The notes below the pieces were generated by a model, which was not told where the DNA came from, did no database searches, and saw nothing but the letters and a program-made list of their open reading frames with translations. The position numbers and the translations under genes are program-made. A stretch of DNA of 64,000 nucleotides. It comes from Acidobacteria bacterium RIFCSPLOWO2_12_FULL_54_10. GTDB taxonomy: Bacteria; Acidobacteriota; Terriglobia; 2-12-FULL-54-10. This document shows positions 28,628 to 39,014 of this stretch, piece by piece (the first letter of the stretch is position 1; each line of letters begins with the position of its first letter). The stretch is from the NCBI GenBank assembly GCA_001767075.1, contig MEKX01000067.1:383-64382 (forward strand), written 5' to 3'.

Positions 28628-30345
28628 TGGAAAGTTACGAAACTCACGAACACGATGTCTTAGTCATTGGTGCAGGCGGCGCTGGACTTCGGGCGGCGAT
28701 TGAGGCCGCGTCGCAGGGAGTATCCGTCGGCGTAGTGTGTAAATCTCTGCTCGGCAAAGCACACACGGTAATGGCCGAAGGCGGGGTTGCCGCAGCGATG
28801 GCCAATGTCGACAAGAGCGACAATTGGCAGACACATTTCAAAGACACCATGGCCGGCGGCAAGATGCTGAACAACTGGCGCATGGCGCAGATTCATGCTC
28901 AACAGGCGCCTGACCGCATCCACGAATTGGAGCAGTGGGGAGCGTTGTTCGACCGAACCCCTACAGGCGACATTCTCCAACGTGCCTTTGGCGGACACAC
29001 CTGCAAACGTCTATGCCACGTAGGTGACCGGACCGGATTGGAGTTGATCAGGACGCTCCAAGACCGTGTTGTACAAATAGGCATGCCAGTCTACATGGAA
29101 TGCACCGCCACCCATCTATTCAAAGATGGAGGGCGAATCGCCGGAGTTCTAGCTTATTGGCGCGAAACAGGCAAGTTTGTTTTATACAAAGCAAAAGCCA
29201 TCATTCTGGCCACTGGCGGCACGGGCAAAGCTTTCGTTATTACCTCGAATTCTTGGGAGTACACAGGCGATGGCTTCGGGATGGCGTATCAGGCAGGAGC
29301 TCAGTTGATGGACATGGAGTTCGTTCAATTCCATCCAACCGGGATGGTGTGGCCTCCGGGAGTCCGCGGGATACTTGTTACGGAAGCGGTCCGCGGTGAA
29401 GGCGGACAGCTAAAGAATAGCAAGGGTGAACGTTTTATGGAGCGCTACGATCCAAAGCGCATGGAGCTTTCAACTCGGGACCAAGTGGCGCGTGCGATTT
29501 ATACGGAAGTGAAGGAAGGCCGAGGCAGCCCGCACGGTGGCGTTTTCTTAAGCGTGACACATCTTAATGCGGAAGCAGTGAAGAAAAAACTCCCCAGCAT
29601 GTATCACCAGTTGAAGGATTTTGCTGATGTAGATATTACAAAAGAACCGATGGAGGTCGGGCCTACAACCCACTACATCATGGGTGGCATACGAGTAGAA
29701 GCGGAAACCACCGCCAGCACGGTTCCTGGACTCTACGCAGCGGGAGAGACGGCTGCTGGAATGCATGGGGCCAATCGTCTGGGCGGCAATTCTCTCTCCG
29801 ACTTGTTAGTTTTCGGGCGTCTTTCAGGGCATCACGCCGCTCAATTCGCTAAGCAGAACAGCGGGGCCGTGAAGATCAATGAAGATGAGGTTCGCCGCGC
29901 CGCCCAAGAAGTATTGGCTCCTTTTGATCGCACAAGCGGGCCAACGCCTTACGAATTGCACGAGAAGCTCCAGGAGTTCATGCAGGCTAAGGTCGGCATC
30001 ATGCGGATCGAGTCGGATATTAAAGAAGCCTTGGTTGAAATTCAGGATTTAAAGAAAAAGTTGACCACAGTGCGCGTATCGGGTTCGCGGATGTTTAATC
30101 CAGGCTGGCATCTGGCTTATGATCTTAAAAATCTGCTGACATCTGCAGAAGCGATTGCCAGGGCGGCGTTGATGCGTCAGGAAAGTCGCGGTGCGCATAC
30201 CCGTTTGGATCATCCGAAGACCGATCCGGAATGGGGCAAGGTGAATCATGTGATCAGCAAAGACGGAGACGCGATGAAAGTTGCCCAATCACCTCTGCCT
30301 CAAATGCCCGATGAATTGAAGAAATTATTCGAAGAAACGAAATAA
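28627..30345 (+). CDS. sdhA: succinate dehydrogenase/fumarate reductase flavoprotein subunit
   Basis: GTG start in the TAGTG overlap with the sdhC stop. FAD motif VLVIGAGGAGLRAA, covalent-FAD His region SHTVMAEGG, active-site HYIMGG, RLGGNSL. Confidence 0.9.
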   Translation: MESYETHEHDVLVIGAGGAGLRAAIEAASQGVSVGVVCKSLLGKAHTVMAEGGVAAAMANVDKSDNWQTHFKDTMAGGKMLNNWRMAQIHAQQAPDRIHELEQWGALFDRTPTGDILQRAFGGHTCKRLCHVGDRTGLELIRTLQDRVVQIGMPVYMECTATHLFKDGGRIAGVLAYWRETGKFVLYKAKAIILATGGTGKAFVITSNSWEYTGDGFGMAYQAGAQLMDMEFVQFHPTGMVWPPGVRGILVTEAVRGEGGQLKNSKGERFMERYDPKRMELSTRDQVARAIYTEVKEGRGSPHGGVFLSVTHLNAEAVKKKLPSMYHQLKDFADVDITKEPMEVGPTTHYIMGGIRVEAETTASTVPGLYAAGETAAGMHGANRLGGNSLSDLLVFGRLSGHHAAQFAKQNSGAVKINEDEVRRAAQEVLAPFDRTSGPTPYELHEKLQEFMQAKVGIMRIESDIKEALVEIQDLKKKLTTVRVSGSRMFNPGWHLAYDLKNLLTSAEAIARAALMRQESRGAHTRLDHPKTDPEWGKVNHVISKDGDAMKVAQSPLPQMPDELKKLFEETK

Positions 30346-30366
30346 TACGATACGAGGCCCACGAAC

Positions 30367-31098
30367 ATGAGCGAGATGGTCATACGAGTTTCTCATGGCA
30401 CAACTGAGAAAATGGAAGAGAAGACATACAAAGTTCCTGTGGGACCTGGCATGGTGGTTCTGGATGCGATCCACTATATTCAATCGCATTTCGCGCCGGA
30501 TTTGGCCGTGCGGTGGAATTGCAAAGCTGCTAAGTGCGGCTCCTGCAGCGCCGAGGTCAACGGCAAGCCAAAATTGATGTGTAAATCACGCATGGACGCT
30601 TACGACCAGAATGAAGAGTTGGTCGTTCATCCAATCAAAACCTTTCCTCGTATCAAAGATTTGGTTACTGACGTATCTTGGAATTATAGAGTCAACAAAA
30701 CAATCACACCTTTTACTCCACCCAAAGGTAATTTCGGCAAGATGTATCAAGCTGATATGGACCGCGTGCAGGAGTTCCGCAAATGCATTGAATGTTTCCT
30801 ATGTCAGTCAGTTTGTCACGTCTTGAGGAACCACGAGAAGCATGAAGAATTTGCCGGGCCACGTTTCTTTGTGCGGATCGCTTCGCTGGAGATGCATCCG
30901 CTGGACGAAGCATCTAGGATAAAATTCCTGAAAGAAGAAGGCGGGCTGGGTTATTGCAACATCACAAAATGTTGTTCCGAAGTGTGCCCTGAAGATATTC
31001 ACATTACGGATAACGCCATTATTCCGCTCAAAGAACGGGTCGTCGACGAATACTACGATCCGGTCCAGAAAATCTTCCGCATATTTTCTGGCAAATAG
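30367..31098 (+). CDS. sdhB: succinate dehydrogenase/fumarate reductase iron-sulfur subunit
   Basis: 2Fe-2S cysteines (CKAAKCGSCSAEVNG...C), 4Fe-4S CIECFLCQSVC and 3Fe-4S C...C...CPE clusters. Confidence 0.9.
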   Translation: MSEMVIRVSHGTTEKMEEKTYKVPVGPGMVVLDAIHYIQSHFAPDLAVRWNCKAAKCGSCSAEVNGKPKLMCKSRMDAYDQNEELVVHPIKTFPRIKDLVTDVSWNYRVNKTITPFTPPKGNFGKMYQADMDRVQEFRKCIECFLCQSVCHVLRNHEKHEEFAGPRFFVRIASLEMHPLDEASRIKFLKEEGGLGYCNITKCCSEVCPEDIHITDNAIIPLKERVVDEYYDPVQKIFRIFSGK

Positions 31099-31137
31099 CT
31101 CTCATCAGCTATTTCTCAAATAAACTTCCCTGCTCGA

Positions 31138-31986
31138 TTAGTTTCCGCTGGGGGACTGGTTAGCGCCTTGAATGCCCAGAACGAGGTGTTGCGCCAATTC
31201 CAGGCTCACGGGACAGGATGTATCGTTGATCCGGCACTGAGCCAAAGTTAACCCGCAGCCGCATGTGCAGGACTGCTCATTCAATTGACGCAGAGCGGTT
31301 TCCTTTTGCTCGGTTGAGAGGACGGTAAGATCGATACCAGGAAGCTCCGTGGCGTTTTTTGCATTGGCTAAGAATATTTGTCCTGTGTCCTCAAACGTCT
31401 CGATCTTTGCATTAATCGGAAGATCGGATAATGCGCGAATTTCCGCAATATAAAGCTCCGGAGATCGTAATCCTATGTGCTTTTGAACGATCCGACCCTC
31501 TGTGTCGACAACGAACGATGTGGGCAGACCTACAACGCCCCCAAACATCGCCTCAATTCCTGGAGTGGAAAAAGCAAGCGGGTAATTGATCCCATGCTCC
31601 ATGGCGAAACGTTTTACGTCCGCTGCGGGCAGAATATCTTTGGAAAGCCCTATAATCAGAAGGTTGTCTTTGTATTCATCCTGCATCCTGATTAAATCCG
31701 GGATTTCCGCTACGCAAGGCGGGCACCATGTAGCCCAGAAATTCACGAGAACTACCTTGCCTAGCCAATCCCTTGAAGAGATCGCTTTGCCATCCAGGTC
31801 ATTTACAGTGAAGTCAGGAATAGGAAGAGGATTAGAAACAAATTTCACGGTGACAGGAGCTTCCCCATCTTTGCTGTCGCCGAAATTAGGCTCGGAAGAT
31901 GTAAAGCGCCGGATATCTCGTACCCCGAGAATTAGAATTGCAAAAATCCCCAAGGTTGCTACCAGAAGAATTACTTTTTTTTTCAA
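31138..31986 (-). CDS. TlpA/redoxin-family thiol-disulfide oxidoreductase with extra C-terminal Cys-rich domain
   Basis: N-terminal TM anchor, thioredoxin-fold WATWCPPC active site, C-terminal CTCGCGLTLAQC...C cluster. Confidence 0.7.
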   Translation of the reverse strand: MKKKVILLVATLGIFAILILGVRDIRRFTSSEPNFGDSKDGEAPVTVKFVSNPLPIPDFTVNDLDGKAISSRDWLGKVVLVNFWATWCPPCVAEIPDLIRMQDEYKDNLLIIGLSKDILPAADVKRFAMEHGINYPLAFSTPGIEAMFGGVVGLPTSFVVDTEGRIVQKHIGLRSPELYIAEIRALSDLPINAKIETFEDTGQIFLANAKNATELPGIDLTVLSTEQKETALRQLNEQSCTCGCGLTLAQCRINDTSCPVSLELAQHLVLGIQGANQSPSGN

Positions 31987-32073
31987 TCTTCCGGCTCCAT
32001 ACTTCTAGGCAGGACAACTTGATTCAGTTACCCTGCCTGTCCGTAATACAGTGAAATGCTTGCCGAAAATGAT

Positions 32074-32607
32074 CTATTTTTGAAGCTCAGCAAGAGCGGC
32101 CAGGGATTCTTCGCTGCTCTTATTCGGATCAACTCCCAAGAAAACTTTGCCAATCGTGCCCTTGGGATCAATCACAAAGGTATTCCGCGCTGCCATGGCC
32201 GTGTCGCCTCTTTTATTCAGAGAGCCATATAGGTCAGAGACTTTCTTGTCCTCATCTGCGAGAAGCTTGAAGCTGATGCCTTCTTTATCACAAAATTCAG
32301 TATGGGATTGAACTGAATCCACGCTTACGCCGACGACTACCGCGCTCTTCTTTTCATACAACGCCATATCCCGTGTAAACCCATGAGCCTGAATTGTGCA
32401 CCCATTGGTAAAATCTTTTGGGTAGAAGTAGAGAACAACCCATTTGCCTTTGAAGTCAGCCAGACTCATAGGCGAGCCTTCCTGGTTCTTCAGGGTGAAA
32501 TTAGGCGCTGCAGTACCCTCTGCGGGCACTCCCGCCGACCAAGAATTCGCCGTGGACGTGAACAATATTACCGCCAGAACTGCTGCACTAAGCATGGTTT
32601 TCCGCAT
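32074..32607 (-). CDS. peroxiredoxin (AhpC/TSA-Bcp family) with signal peptide
   Basis: Peroxidatic-Cys context FTNGCTIQAHGF, overall AhpC-TSA-like size. Confidence 0.7.
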   Translation of the reverse strand: MRKTMLSAAVLAVILFTSTANSWSAGVPAEGTAAPNFTLKNQEGSPMSLADFKGKWVVLYFYPKDFTNGCTIQAHGFTRDMALYEKKSAVVVGVSVDSVQSHTEFCDKEGISFKLLADEDKKVSDLYGSLNKRGDTAMAARNTFVIDPKGTIGKVFLGVDPNKSSEESLAALAELQK

Positions 32608-32879
32608 TTCCTTGGATCCTTTCTATTATCTCAAATATTCTTTGCGCGCATAAAGCCATGCGCTATTCGACTTTGAGAATAACCCGCCCGAAATTGATCA
32701 AATTGCAGCTAGTCAATTGTCTGACAAGTCTCAAAGAGATTCACTGATCCTGCCAGGGTGACTAGCATCAACTGTTGAAATCTTAACAAACTCGGAGCCA
32801 GTAACCAAGCCAAATATTTTAAATGTAATCGAAGTGTGTTACAAAAAGGAAATATATGGATTGTAAAAAAGGAGGCCAT

Positions 32880-33320
32880 CTAGCCGAGGCTGTGAAGGTG
32901 GTCGCGCAGGTTTTCCCGCTCTGCCTGATCCAATTCCTCCGAACTACTGCCCAGGGAGTTCCCAATAGGCTTCGCAGTACTTTTTAGATTTGCTGTCCAT
33001 GGATAATTTTCGATCTCAAGCCACTGTACTAAGATTTTCATTTTTAGATCTGGAGAAAATAATTTTATAGAAACTAAATTGTCCTGAATCCCGCAAATTT
33101 GACCATCCAATATTATTGTTTCAGGATATTTCTGAAGCCGTAAAACTGCATGAATATTGCTTCCAGGTTCTATGGAGTCATTTAAACGGACTGAAAATCC
33201 TGATTCACTAAGATTGACGATATTGCCGTTATACACGCGGTTGCCGGTCTCAATTTGCAAATCACCCGTAACAATGTATCTTCGGGAACGCCGCCGCTCA
33301 GTTTGAGTATCGCTGTTCAT
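32880..33320 (-). CDS. PilZ-domain c-di-GMP-binding protein
   Basis: RRRSRRY (RxxxR) followed by NLSESGFSV (D/NxSxxG) in canonical PilZ spacing. Confidence 0.7.
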   Translation of the reverse strand: MNSDTQTERRRSRRYIVTGDLQIETGNRVYNGNIVNLSESGFSVRLNDSIEPGSNIHAVLRLQKYPETIILDGQICGIQDNLVSIKLFSPDLKMKILVQWLEIENYPWTANLKSTAKPIGNSLGSSSEELDQAERENLRDHLHSLG

Positions 33321-33449
33321 AGACCACTAGATTTACAACTGCAATCTATATATCTGTAAATTCTACTCTTAGCAATAGGGAAAATGGAATTACACGACAA
33401 CTAAATGAATTGAATCGAGTTAGTCACCTAACGGGGGGAATAAAAATTA

Positions 33450-33596
33450 TTAACGTCGCTTGGACTGCTTTTCCGGCGACAATTTGGCTAAAGTGTCCTG
33501 ATAGTTCTTCGCCTGGTTATCGAGAATGTAAATTCCGGCGAACACCCCCAGCAAGATAAGCCAGGCAATGAGCATCACTATCGTCAAACCATCCAT
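33450..33596 (-). CDS. 48-aa small single-pass membrane protein (hypothetical)
   Basis: ATG...TAA ORF MDGLTIVMLIAWLILLGVFAGIYILDNQAKNYQDTLAKLSPEKQSKRR in an otherwise empty 410-bp gap. One TM helix plus a basic tail. Not in the ORF track because it is below the size cutoff. Confidence 0.3.
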   Translation of the reverse strand: MDGLTIVMLIAWLILLGVFAGIYILDNQAKNYQDTLAKLSPEKQSKRR

Positions 33597-33753
33597 AGCA
33601 TCTTCCCTCTAGCAAGATATTCTTATGTTACACGATTTAGTTTTATCAACAAATCATTCTTCACATAATTATTAGGTCCTTTGTATTTGCTTGACGAGTA
33701 GAAAGACTTATCGCTAGCATCGAACTTGGCATTTGATTTATAAGCCCATTAGC

Positions 33754-34602
33754 ATGGAATCGAAAGAAACAACAAACCGCTGGCTTGAACGCATACTGAT
33801 AGCTAAGCGCAGGGATTTAGACCGGGATCGCCTTCTTATTCCGCTTTCAGAATTAGAGAAGAGGATCAAGCCTGCGCAGGCCGGAAGGTTCCGGCAAGCT
33901 TTGGAAAAAGCTAGATCAGAGCAACAAAAAGCAGTCATCATATCGGAATTGAAAAGCGCCTCTCCCTCAAGGGGAATCATATGCCGAAATTATGATCCAG
34001 TTCGAATCGCGCAAAGCTATCAGAAAGCTGGAGCCGCGGCTCTGTCGATTCTTACAAATCAAGAGTTTTTCTCCGGGTCATTGGATCATCTCAAAATGGT
34101 CCGCTCGGTGACTTCCCTTCCCTTGCTTAGGAAGGACTTCACGATATCCGAATATCACCTGTACGAGGCTGTGGCAGCCGGTGCAGACGCTATCTTGTTA
34201 ATTGTTGCGGCGATATCACCGACAGAATTGAGCCGATTATTGATTCAATCGCACCAGCTTGGCCTTGACGCTCTTGTGGAAGTTCATTCGGCGGAGGAGT
34301 TAAAAATCGCTATTGATGCCGGTAGCGATATGATCGGAGTAAATAACAGGGATTTAACGACATTTGAAGTGAGCTTGGACACTTCTCTGAAGTTAATAGC
34401 TGATATTCCGGACTCAACCCTTGCCATTAGCGAAAGCGGAATAAAAACTGCTAATGATTTAGTTAGATTGCATAACGCTGGATTTGACGCTTTTCTCATT
34501 GGAGAACGTTTTATGGATCAGCCCGATCCCGGATACGCGCTCGCGCAGTTTTTGTCATCCTTGCCAAATCGACAAATTGCTGCAAGTGGACAATCGTTAT
34601 GA
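33754..34602 (+). CDS. trpC: indole-3-glycerol phosphate synthase
   Basis: IGPS TIM-barrel motifs (IISELKSASPSRG, LRKDF, IGVNNRDL). ATG MESKETT chosen over the upstream TTG. Confidence 0.85.
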   Translation: MESKETTNRWLERILIAKRRDLDRDRLLIPLSELEKRIKPAQAGRFRQALEKARSEQQKAVIISELKSASPSRGIICRNYDPVRIAQSYQKAGAAALSILTNQEFFSGSLDHLKMVRSVTSLPLLRKDFTISEYHLYEAVAAGADAILLIVAAISPTELSRLLIQSHQLGLDALVEVHSAEELKIAIDAGSDMIGVNNRDLTTFEVSLDTSLKLIADIPDSTLAISESGIKTANDLVRLHNAGFDAFLIGERFMDQPDPGYALAQFLSSLPNRQIAASGQSL

Positions 34603-35285
34603 CATGGATCAAGATTTGCGGAATCAAACGCCTGCAAGATGCCGAGACAGCAGTGGCTGAGGGTGCCAATGCGTTAGGTTTCAACTTCTGGAAGGGGACG
34701 AAGCGGTATATAGATCCCGATGAAGCAGCCCGTATAGTTACAAAGATGCCTGCATCCGTTTGGTGCGTGGGAGTATTTGTGGATGAGACAGTGGAGCGGG
34801 TTCTGGAAATCGTTCGTTTGAGCGGTGTAAATTGCGTACAACTGCATGACAGTGAAGGTCCTGAATACCTGGATCGTCTGAGCCATTTAAAGACTTTCAA
34901 GGTTTTCAAGGTAAAATCAAATTTCAAGCCTGAGGCATTACTGTCATTTCCCTCCGTGACGGCGTTTCTGTTGGACGCGTACGTTGAAGGAGTACCCGGT
35001 GGCACGGGTCAAGCATTTGACTGGGCCAGCGCGGTACAGGCCAAACGCTATGGGAAGGTTATTTTAGCCGGTGGACTGAACCCAGGAAATGTCGCAAAGG
35101 CTGTCGAGTTTGTCCAGCCATGGGGAGTAGATGTAGCATCAGGGGTTGAAGTCGAACCGGGTATTAAGTGTCCAGAAACGATCAGAAATTTCATTCGCGC
35201 CGTTAAAGAGGCTGATAAGAAGCTTCTGGATCAAAGTCAACATAGTAGTGTTGCGGACAAAAATCATGCGCACGAACTACTTTAA
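34599..35285 (+). CDS. trpF: phosphoribosylanthranilate isomerase
   Basis: [16 protein letters not shown]-terminus and [11 protein letters not shown]-terminal motif. 4-nt overlap with trpC. Confidence 0.85.
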   Translation: MTWIKICGIKRLQDAETAVAEGANALGFNFWKGTKRYIDPDEAARIVTKMPASVWCVGVFVDETVERVLEIVRLSGVNCVQLHDSEGPEYLDRLSHLKTFKVFKVKSNFKPEALLSFPSVTAFLLDAYVEGVPGGTGQAFDWASAVQAKRYGKVILAGGLNPGNVAKAVEFVQPWGVDVASGVEVEPGIKCPETIRNFIRAVKEADKKLLDQSQHSSVADKNHAHELL

Positions 35286-35302
35286 ATGTCCGGTATAACC
35301 TA

Positions 35303-36508
35303 ATGAATATAAAGCCAGATATAACATCAGAAGCATCGGGTCTTACAGGACGCTTTGGGCTTTATGGAGGGAGGTTTGCTCCAGAAACCCTCATGCAGCC
35401 ATTGATGGAGCTTGAGTCCTCCTACTTGGCAGTACGGACAGATATTGGTTTTCAAAAAGAGTTGGACAACTTGCTCAAGCTATATGCTGGGCGGCCAACT
35501 CCACTGTATTACGCCAGCAGACTTAGCGAACATTTGGGCGGAGCCAAAATCTATCTCAAACGCGAAGACCTCCTTCATACAGGCGCTCATAAGATCAACA
35601 ATTGTTTGGGGCAGGCATTGTTGGCTAAGCGCATGGGAAAGCGTCGCATCATTGCGGAAACCGGCGCAGGTCAGCATGGCGTGGCTTCTGCCACGGTATC
35701 GGCTCTCTTAGACTTTCAGTGCGTGGTTTACATGGGTGAAGTAGACATGGCGCGCCAGCGTCTGAACGTATTCAGGATGCGCCTGCTGGGAGCGGAAGTC
35801 CGCGCGGTAACGGCTGGCAGCCGCACACTCAAAGAAGCCATCAGTGAAGCAATGCGCGATTGGGTAACCAACGTGGAAGACTCATATTATCTCCTCGGAT
35901 CAGTTCTTGGTCCGCATCCATATCCATTGATGGTCAGAGATTTTCAACGAGTGATCGGCCAGGAAGCTCGCCAACAAATCATGGCGGCTGAAGGCCGTTT
36001 GCCTGACCGGCTTGTGGCCTGCGTGGGAGGAGGTAGTAACGCGATCGGCTTGTTTTATGAGTTCCTGAACGATGAATCAGTAGCAATGACCGGGGTGGAG
36101 GCAGGTGGCCGTGGGTTTGAGTTAGGCCAGCATGCCTCTAGATTTCATGGAGGAAGCCCTGGTGTTTTGCATGGCGCATATACATACATTCTTCAGGATG
36201 ACATGGGTCAAATTTCCACTACACACTCGGTTTCCGCAGGGCTCGACTATGCAGCCGTCGGGCCGGAACATGCCATGTTAGGGGATCTGAAGCGCGCTGA
36301 ATATACTGCTCGTACAGATGCTGAAGCGCTCGAAGCCTGTCGGCTTTTGAGTCGCATGGAAGGAATTATTCCTGCTTTGGAATCTTCCCACGCCATTGCT
36401 GAAGTCATCGAACGTGCGCCTTCAGCAAAAGGTCAGGTCTTTATTGTTAACCTTTCCGGCAGGGGTGATAAGGACATGGAGATTTTAGAGCGAGAGTTGA
36501 AACTATAG
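35303..36508 (+). CDS. trpB: tryptophan synthase beta chain
   Basis: PLP-lysine context [17 protein letters not shown], highly conserved TrpB sequence. Confidence 0.92.
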   Translation: MNIKPDITSEASGLTGRFGLYGGRFAPETLMQPLMELESSYLAVRTDIGFQKELDNLLKLYAGRPTPLYYASRLSEHLGGAKIYLKREDLLHTGAHKINNCLGQALLAKRMGKRRIIAETGAGQHGVASATVSALLDFQCVVYMGEVDMARQRLNVFRMRLLGAEVRAVTAGSRTLKEAISEAMRDWVTNVEDSYYLLGSVLGPHPYPLMVRDFQRVIGQEARQQIMAAEGRLPDRLVACVGGGSNAIGLFYEFLNDESVAMTGVEAGGRGFELGQHASRFHGGSPGVLHGAYTYILQDDMGQISTTHSVSAGLDYAAVGPEHAMLGDLKRAEYTARTDAEALEACRLLSRMEGIIPALESSHAIAEVIERAPSAKGQVFIVNLSGRGDKDMEILERELKL

Positions 36509-36539
36509 TGTCGGTTTATTCTTAACAATTTAATTCATT

Positions 36540-37376
36540 ATGCCCACACGAATTGTCGAGTGCTGGAATAAATTACATCAACAAGGCGAAAAAGCTTTCA
36601 TCGGCTTTGTCATGGCCGGAGACCCGGACATTCCTCGGAGTATTGATGTCGTCCTTGCATTAGCGGAAGCCAAAACCGACATCATCGAATTGGGCATTCC
36701 ATTTTCCGAGCCAATTGCGGACGGCCCAGTAATACAAAGGGCCGGGGAAAGGGCTTTGAAAAATGGCGTGAATCTTCCTCTAATTTTGGACATGGTGCGC
36801 CAGATACGGAAGAAATCCGATGTTCCTTTGCTCTTGTTTAGTTACCTTAATCCAATATTGCGATACGGACTGGAAAGGTTCGCAAAAGATACAGTTGCTT
36901 GTGGCGCTGACGGGGCGCTCATCACGGACCTCAGTGTCGAAGAGGCTGATCCCTTTGTTACGCAAATGCGCTTGAACAACCTCGACACGGTTTTCCTCGT
37001 TGCTCCCACCAGCACGGATGAGCGCATCAAACGCGCGGCGGAATTGTCAACCGGCTTCCTCTATGCCGTAAGCCGCACGGGGGTTACAGGAACTCGAGAG
37101 CAATTATCCGATACGGTTACTCCTCTTTTGCGACGCTTGCGAGCCTTTACAACACTGCCCGTCGGGGTTGGATTTGGAATTTCACGTCCAGAGCATTTGG
37201 CGCAATTGACTCCGATGGTCGATGGCGTGGTGGTAGGAAGCGCGCTTGTTCGCTGCATTGAGGATCATCAAGAAAACCCTGCTCTGCATGTTGCCCAAAT
37301 GGTTCGTTGGTTACGAGAGGGTTTCACAGCGAATAGCACGTCCAAAGGAAAGTCATCATCCGCTAATATGGCATAA
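36540..37376 (+). CDS. trpA: tryptophan synthase alpha chain
   Basis: TrpA TIM-barrel with catalytic E/D context (ELGIPFSEPIADGP) and C-terminal GFGIS. Confidence 0.9.
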   Translation: MPTRIVECWNKLHQQGEKAFIGFVMAGDPDIPRSIDVVLALAEAKTDIIELGIPFSEPIADGPVIQRAGERALKNGVNLPLILDMVRQIRKKSDVPLLLFSYLNPILRYGLERFAKDTVACGADGALITDLSVEEADPFVTQMRLNNLDTVFLVAPTSTDERIKRAAELSTGFLYAVSRTGVTGTREQLSDTVTPLLRRLRAFTTLPVGVGFGISRPEHLAQLTPMVDGVVVGSALVRCIEDHQENPALHVAQMVRWLREGFTANSTSKGKSSSANMA

Positions 37377-37747
37377 TGGGTTCGTCGCAGATGATCCAAC
37401 GGATGCCATTAAATAATCGAACTGTAGCCATGGATATTACGGATTGGCGTAAAAAAATTGATGAGATTGATCGCCGCCTTGTTGAGTTGCTCAATGAGCG
37501 GGCTCGCTGCGCGACTGAAATAGGTCGCATCAAGCTGCTCAACGGCAAGCCCGTCCAGGAAATTAGCCGGGAAGAAGAAGTATTGCGAAATGTGGTTGAG
37601 CTGAATCGAGGCCCCTTGGGAGAGAATGCCCTGCGGGAGATTTTCAAGAAAATAGTAGAAGAAGTTCGCCAAATGCAACAGAAATTAATTCAGTCAGAGC
37701 AAGACTCGCTGCAACCATTACCCACTAATAGGGACTCCAAGAAATGA
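37376..37747 (+). CDS. aroQ: chorismate mutase (AroQ class)
   Basis: LRKKIDEIDRRLVELLNERARCATEIGRIK helix-bundle signature. ATG overlaps the trpA stop (TAATG). Confidence 0.75.
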   Translation: MGSSQMIQRMPLNNRTVAMDITDWRKKIDEIDRRLVELLNERARCATEIGRIKLLNGKPVQEISREEEVLRNVVELNRGPLGENALREIFKKIVEEVRQMQQKLIQSEQDSLQPLPTNRDSKK

Positions 37748-38625
37748 TGGAAGCTCCGATGACTCATATTCATCAAATAACAATTTGCGGAGTCGGCCTC
37801 ATTGGTGGATCGCTTGGCTTGGCATTGAAAAAAGCTGGTTTCAAAGGGAAAATAGCAGGTTTTGGGCGACCGGTCACGATGGAAAAATGTCAGCGTTTGG
37901 GAGTCATTGACGCAGGCTATTCCAATTTAGCAGAAGCTGTGGCCGATGCTGACGTTATCTACCTCTCTGCACCCATACTGACTAATCTCGAATTATTGAG
38001 CAAACTTCCTCCTCTTGTTAAAGAAGGCGCATTAATTACCGACGCTGGAAGCACCAAAGCGGTTATTTGCGAAAAAGGAGCTGCGCTGTTTACTGCAAGT
38101 AGCGTATTCGTAGGTGGACATCCTATGGCTGGCAAAGAGACCACTGGTTCCGAAAATGCCGATGCTGACTTATACCAAGGCGCCCGCTATGCGCTTACAC
38201 CCTACAGCAGGCACCATTTGGATCCGCCGATTGTGCGCGAATTCATGCAGTGGCTGGACCGCATAGGAGCAAGAATCCTTATCATGGACGCGGAAGTTCA
38301 CGATGAGATCGTTACATGGACCAGCCATATCCCTCAATTGGTTTCCACTGCTCTAGCTGTTTCTGTTTTGGAGAATATCCGCACGCCGGAAGATCTGGAG
38401 CTTTCCGCTGGAGGCTTGAAGGACGCTTCCCGCCTTGCTGATAGCTCTTATAGGGTGTGGAGAGATATTTGTCTTACCAATACTGAGAACCTCGAACAGG
38501 CTCTTACCAGCTTTGCTCAAGCCCTGGAGCACTTGCGCGATAGTTTGCGTACTAGGGACCTTGAGAATTTGTTTGATCGAGCCAATGCACTCAGGCGGCA
38601 ATTAAAACCATCAGCCGCACCTTGA
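37744..38625 (+). CDS. tyrA: prephenate/arogenate dehydrogenase
   Basis: Rossmann motif ICGVGLIGGSLGLAL and GGHPMAG catalytic region. 4-nt overlap with aroQ. Confidence 0.85.
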   Translation: MMEAPMTHIHQITICGVGLIGGSLGLALKKAGFKGKIAGFGRPVTMEKCQRLGVIDAGYSNLAEAVADADVIYLSAPILTNLELLSKLPPLVKEGALITDAGSTKAVICEKGAALFTASSVFVGGHPMAGKETTGSENADADLYQGARYALTPYSRHHLDPPIVREFMQWLDRIGARILIMDAEVHDEIVTWTSHIPQLVSTALAVSVLENIRTPEDLELSAGGLKDASRLADSSYRVWRDICLTNTENLEQALTSFAQALEHLRDSLRTRDLENLFDRANALRRQLKPSAAP

Positions 38626-38640
38626 TAAACGGGACTCTAT

Positions 38641-38949
38641 ATGGAATCCAACACAATTGTCATCGTGAGCCTGCATTCGCCGAAGGAGAAATTTTGGGGC
38701 CGCCTTCTATCCCTGAACCCTGCGGGCGTTACGTTGCAAGGCATCGACTTGAACACGTTTGACGATTGGCTTGGACAGATTGCCGCTGCCGAACCCCACT
38801 TGCTCAGACCTTCCACTGTTTTTTACCCTATGCATCGCGTAGAGCGGATCTCAATGGATGAGCCATCGGGGGACATCCCATCCGTGGAAGGACGTTTTTC
38901 TCTGCGCATTGGAATAACTCTGCTGGAATATCTGACCATTGATCGGTAA
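38641..38949 (+). CDS. hypothetical 102-aa protein
   Basis: ORF 15 nt downstream of tyrA on the same strand. No motif recognised. Confidence 0.4.
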   Translation: MESNTIVIVSLHSPKEKFWGRLLSLNPAGVTLQGIDLNTFDDWLGQIAAAEPHLLRPSTVFYPMHRVERISMDEPSGDIPSVEGRFSLRIGITLLEYLTIDR

Positions 38950-39014
38950 TCCAAAAAGTGGACTATCCCAGTTCTTAAAAGTTGTGTTTCTCAGAAGCAA
39001 CTCTCAGCGAATCA

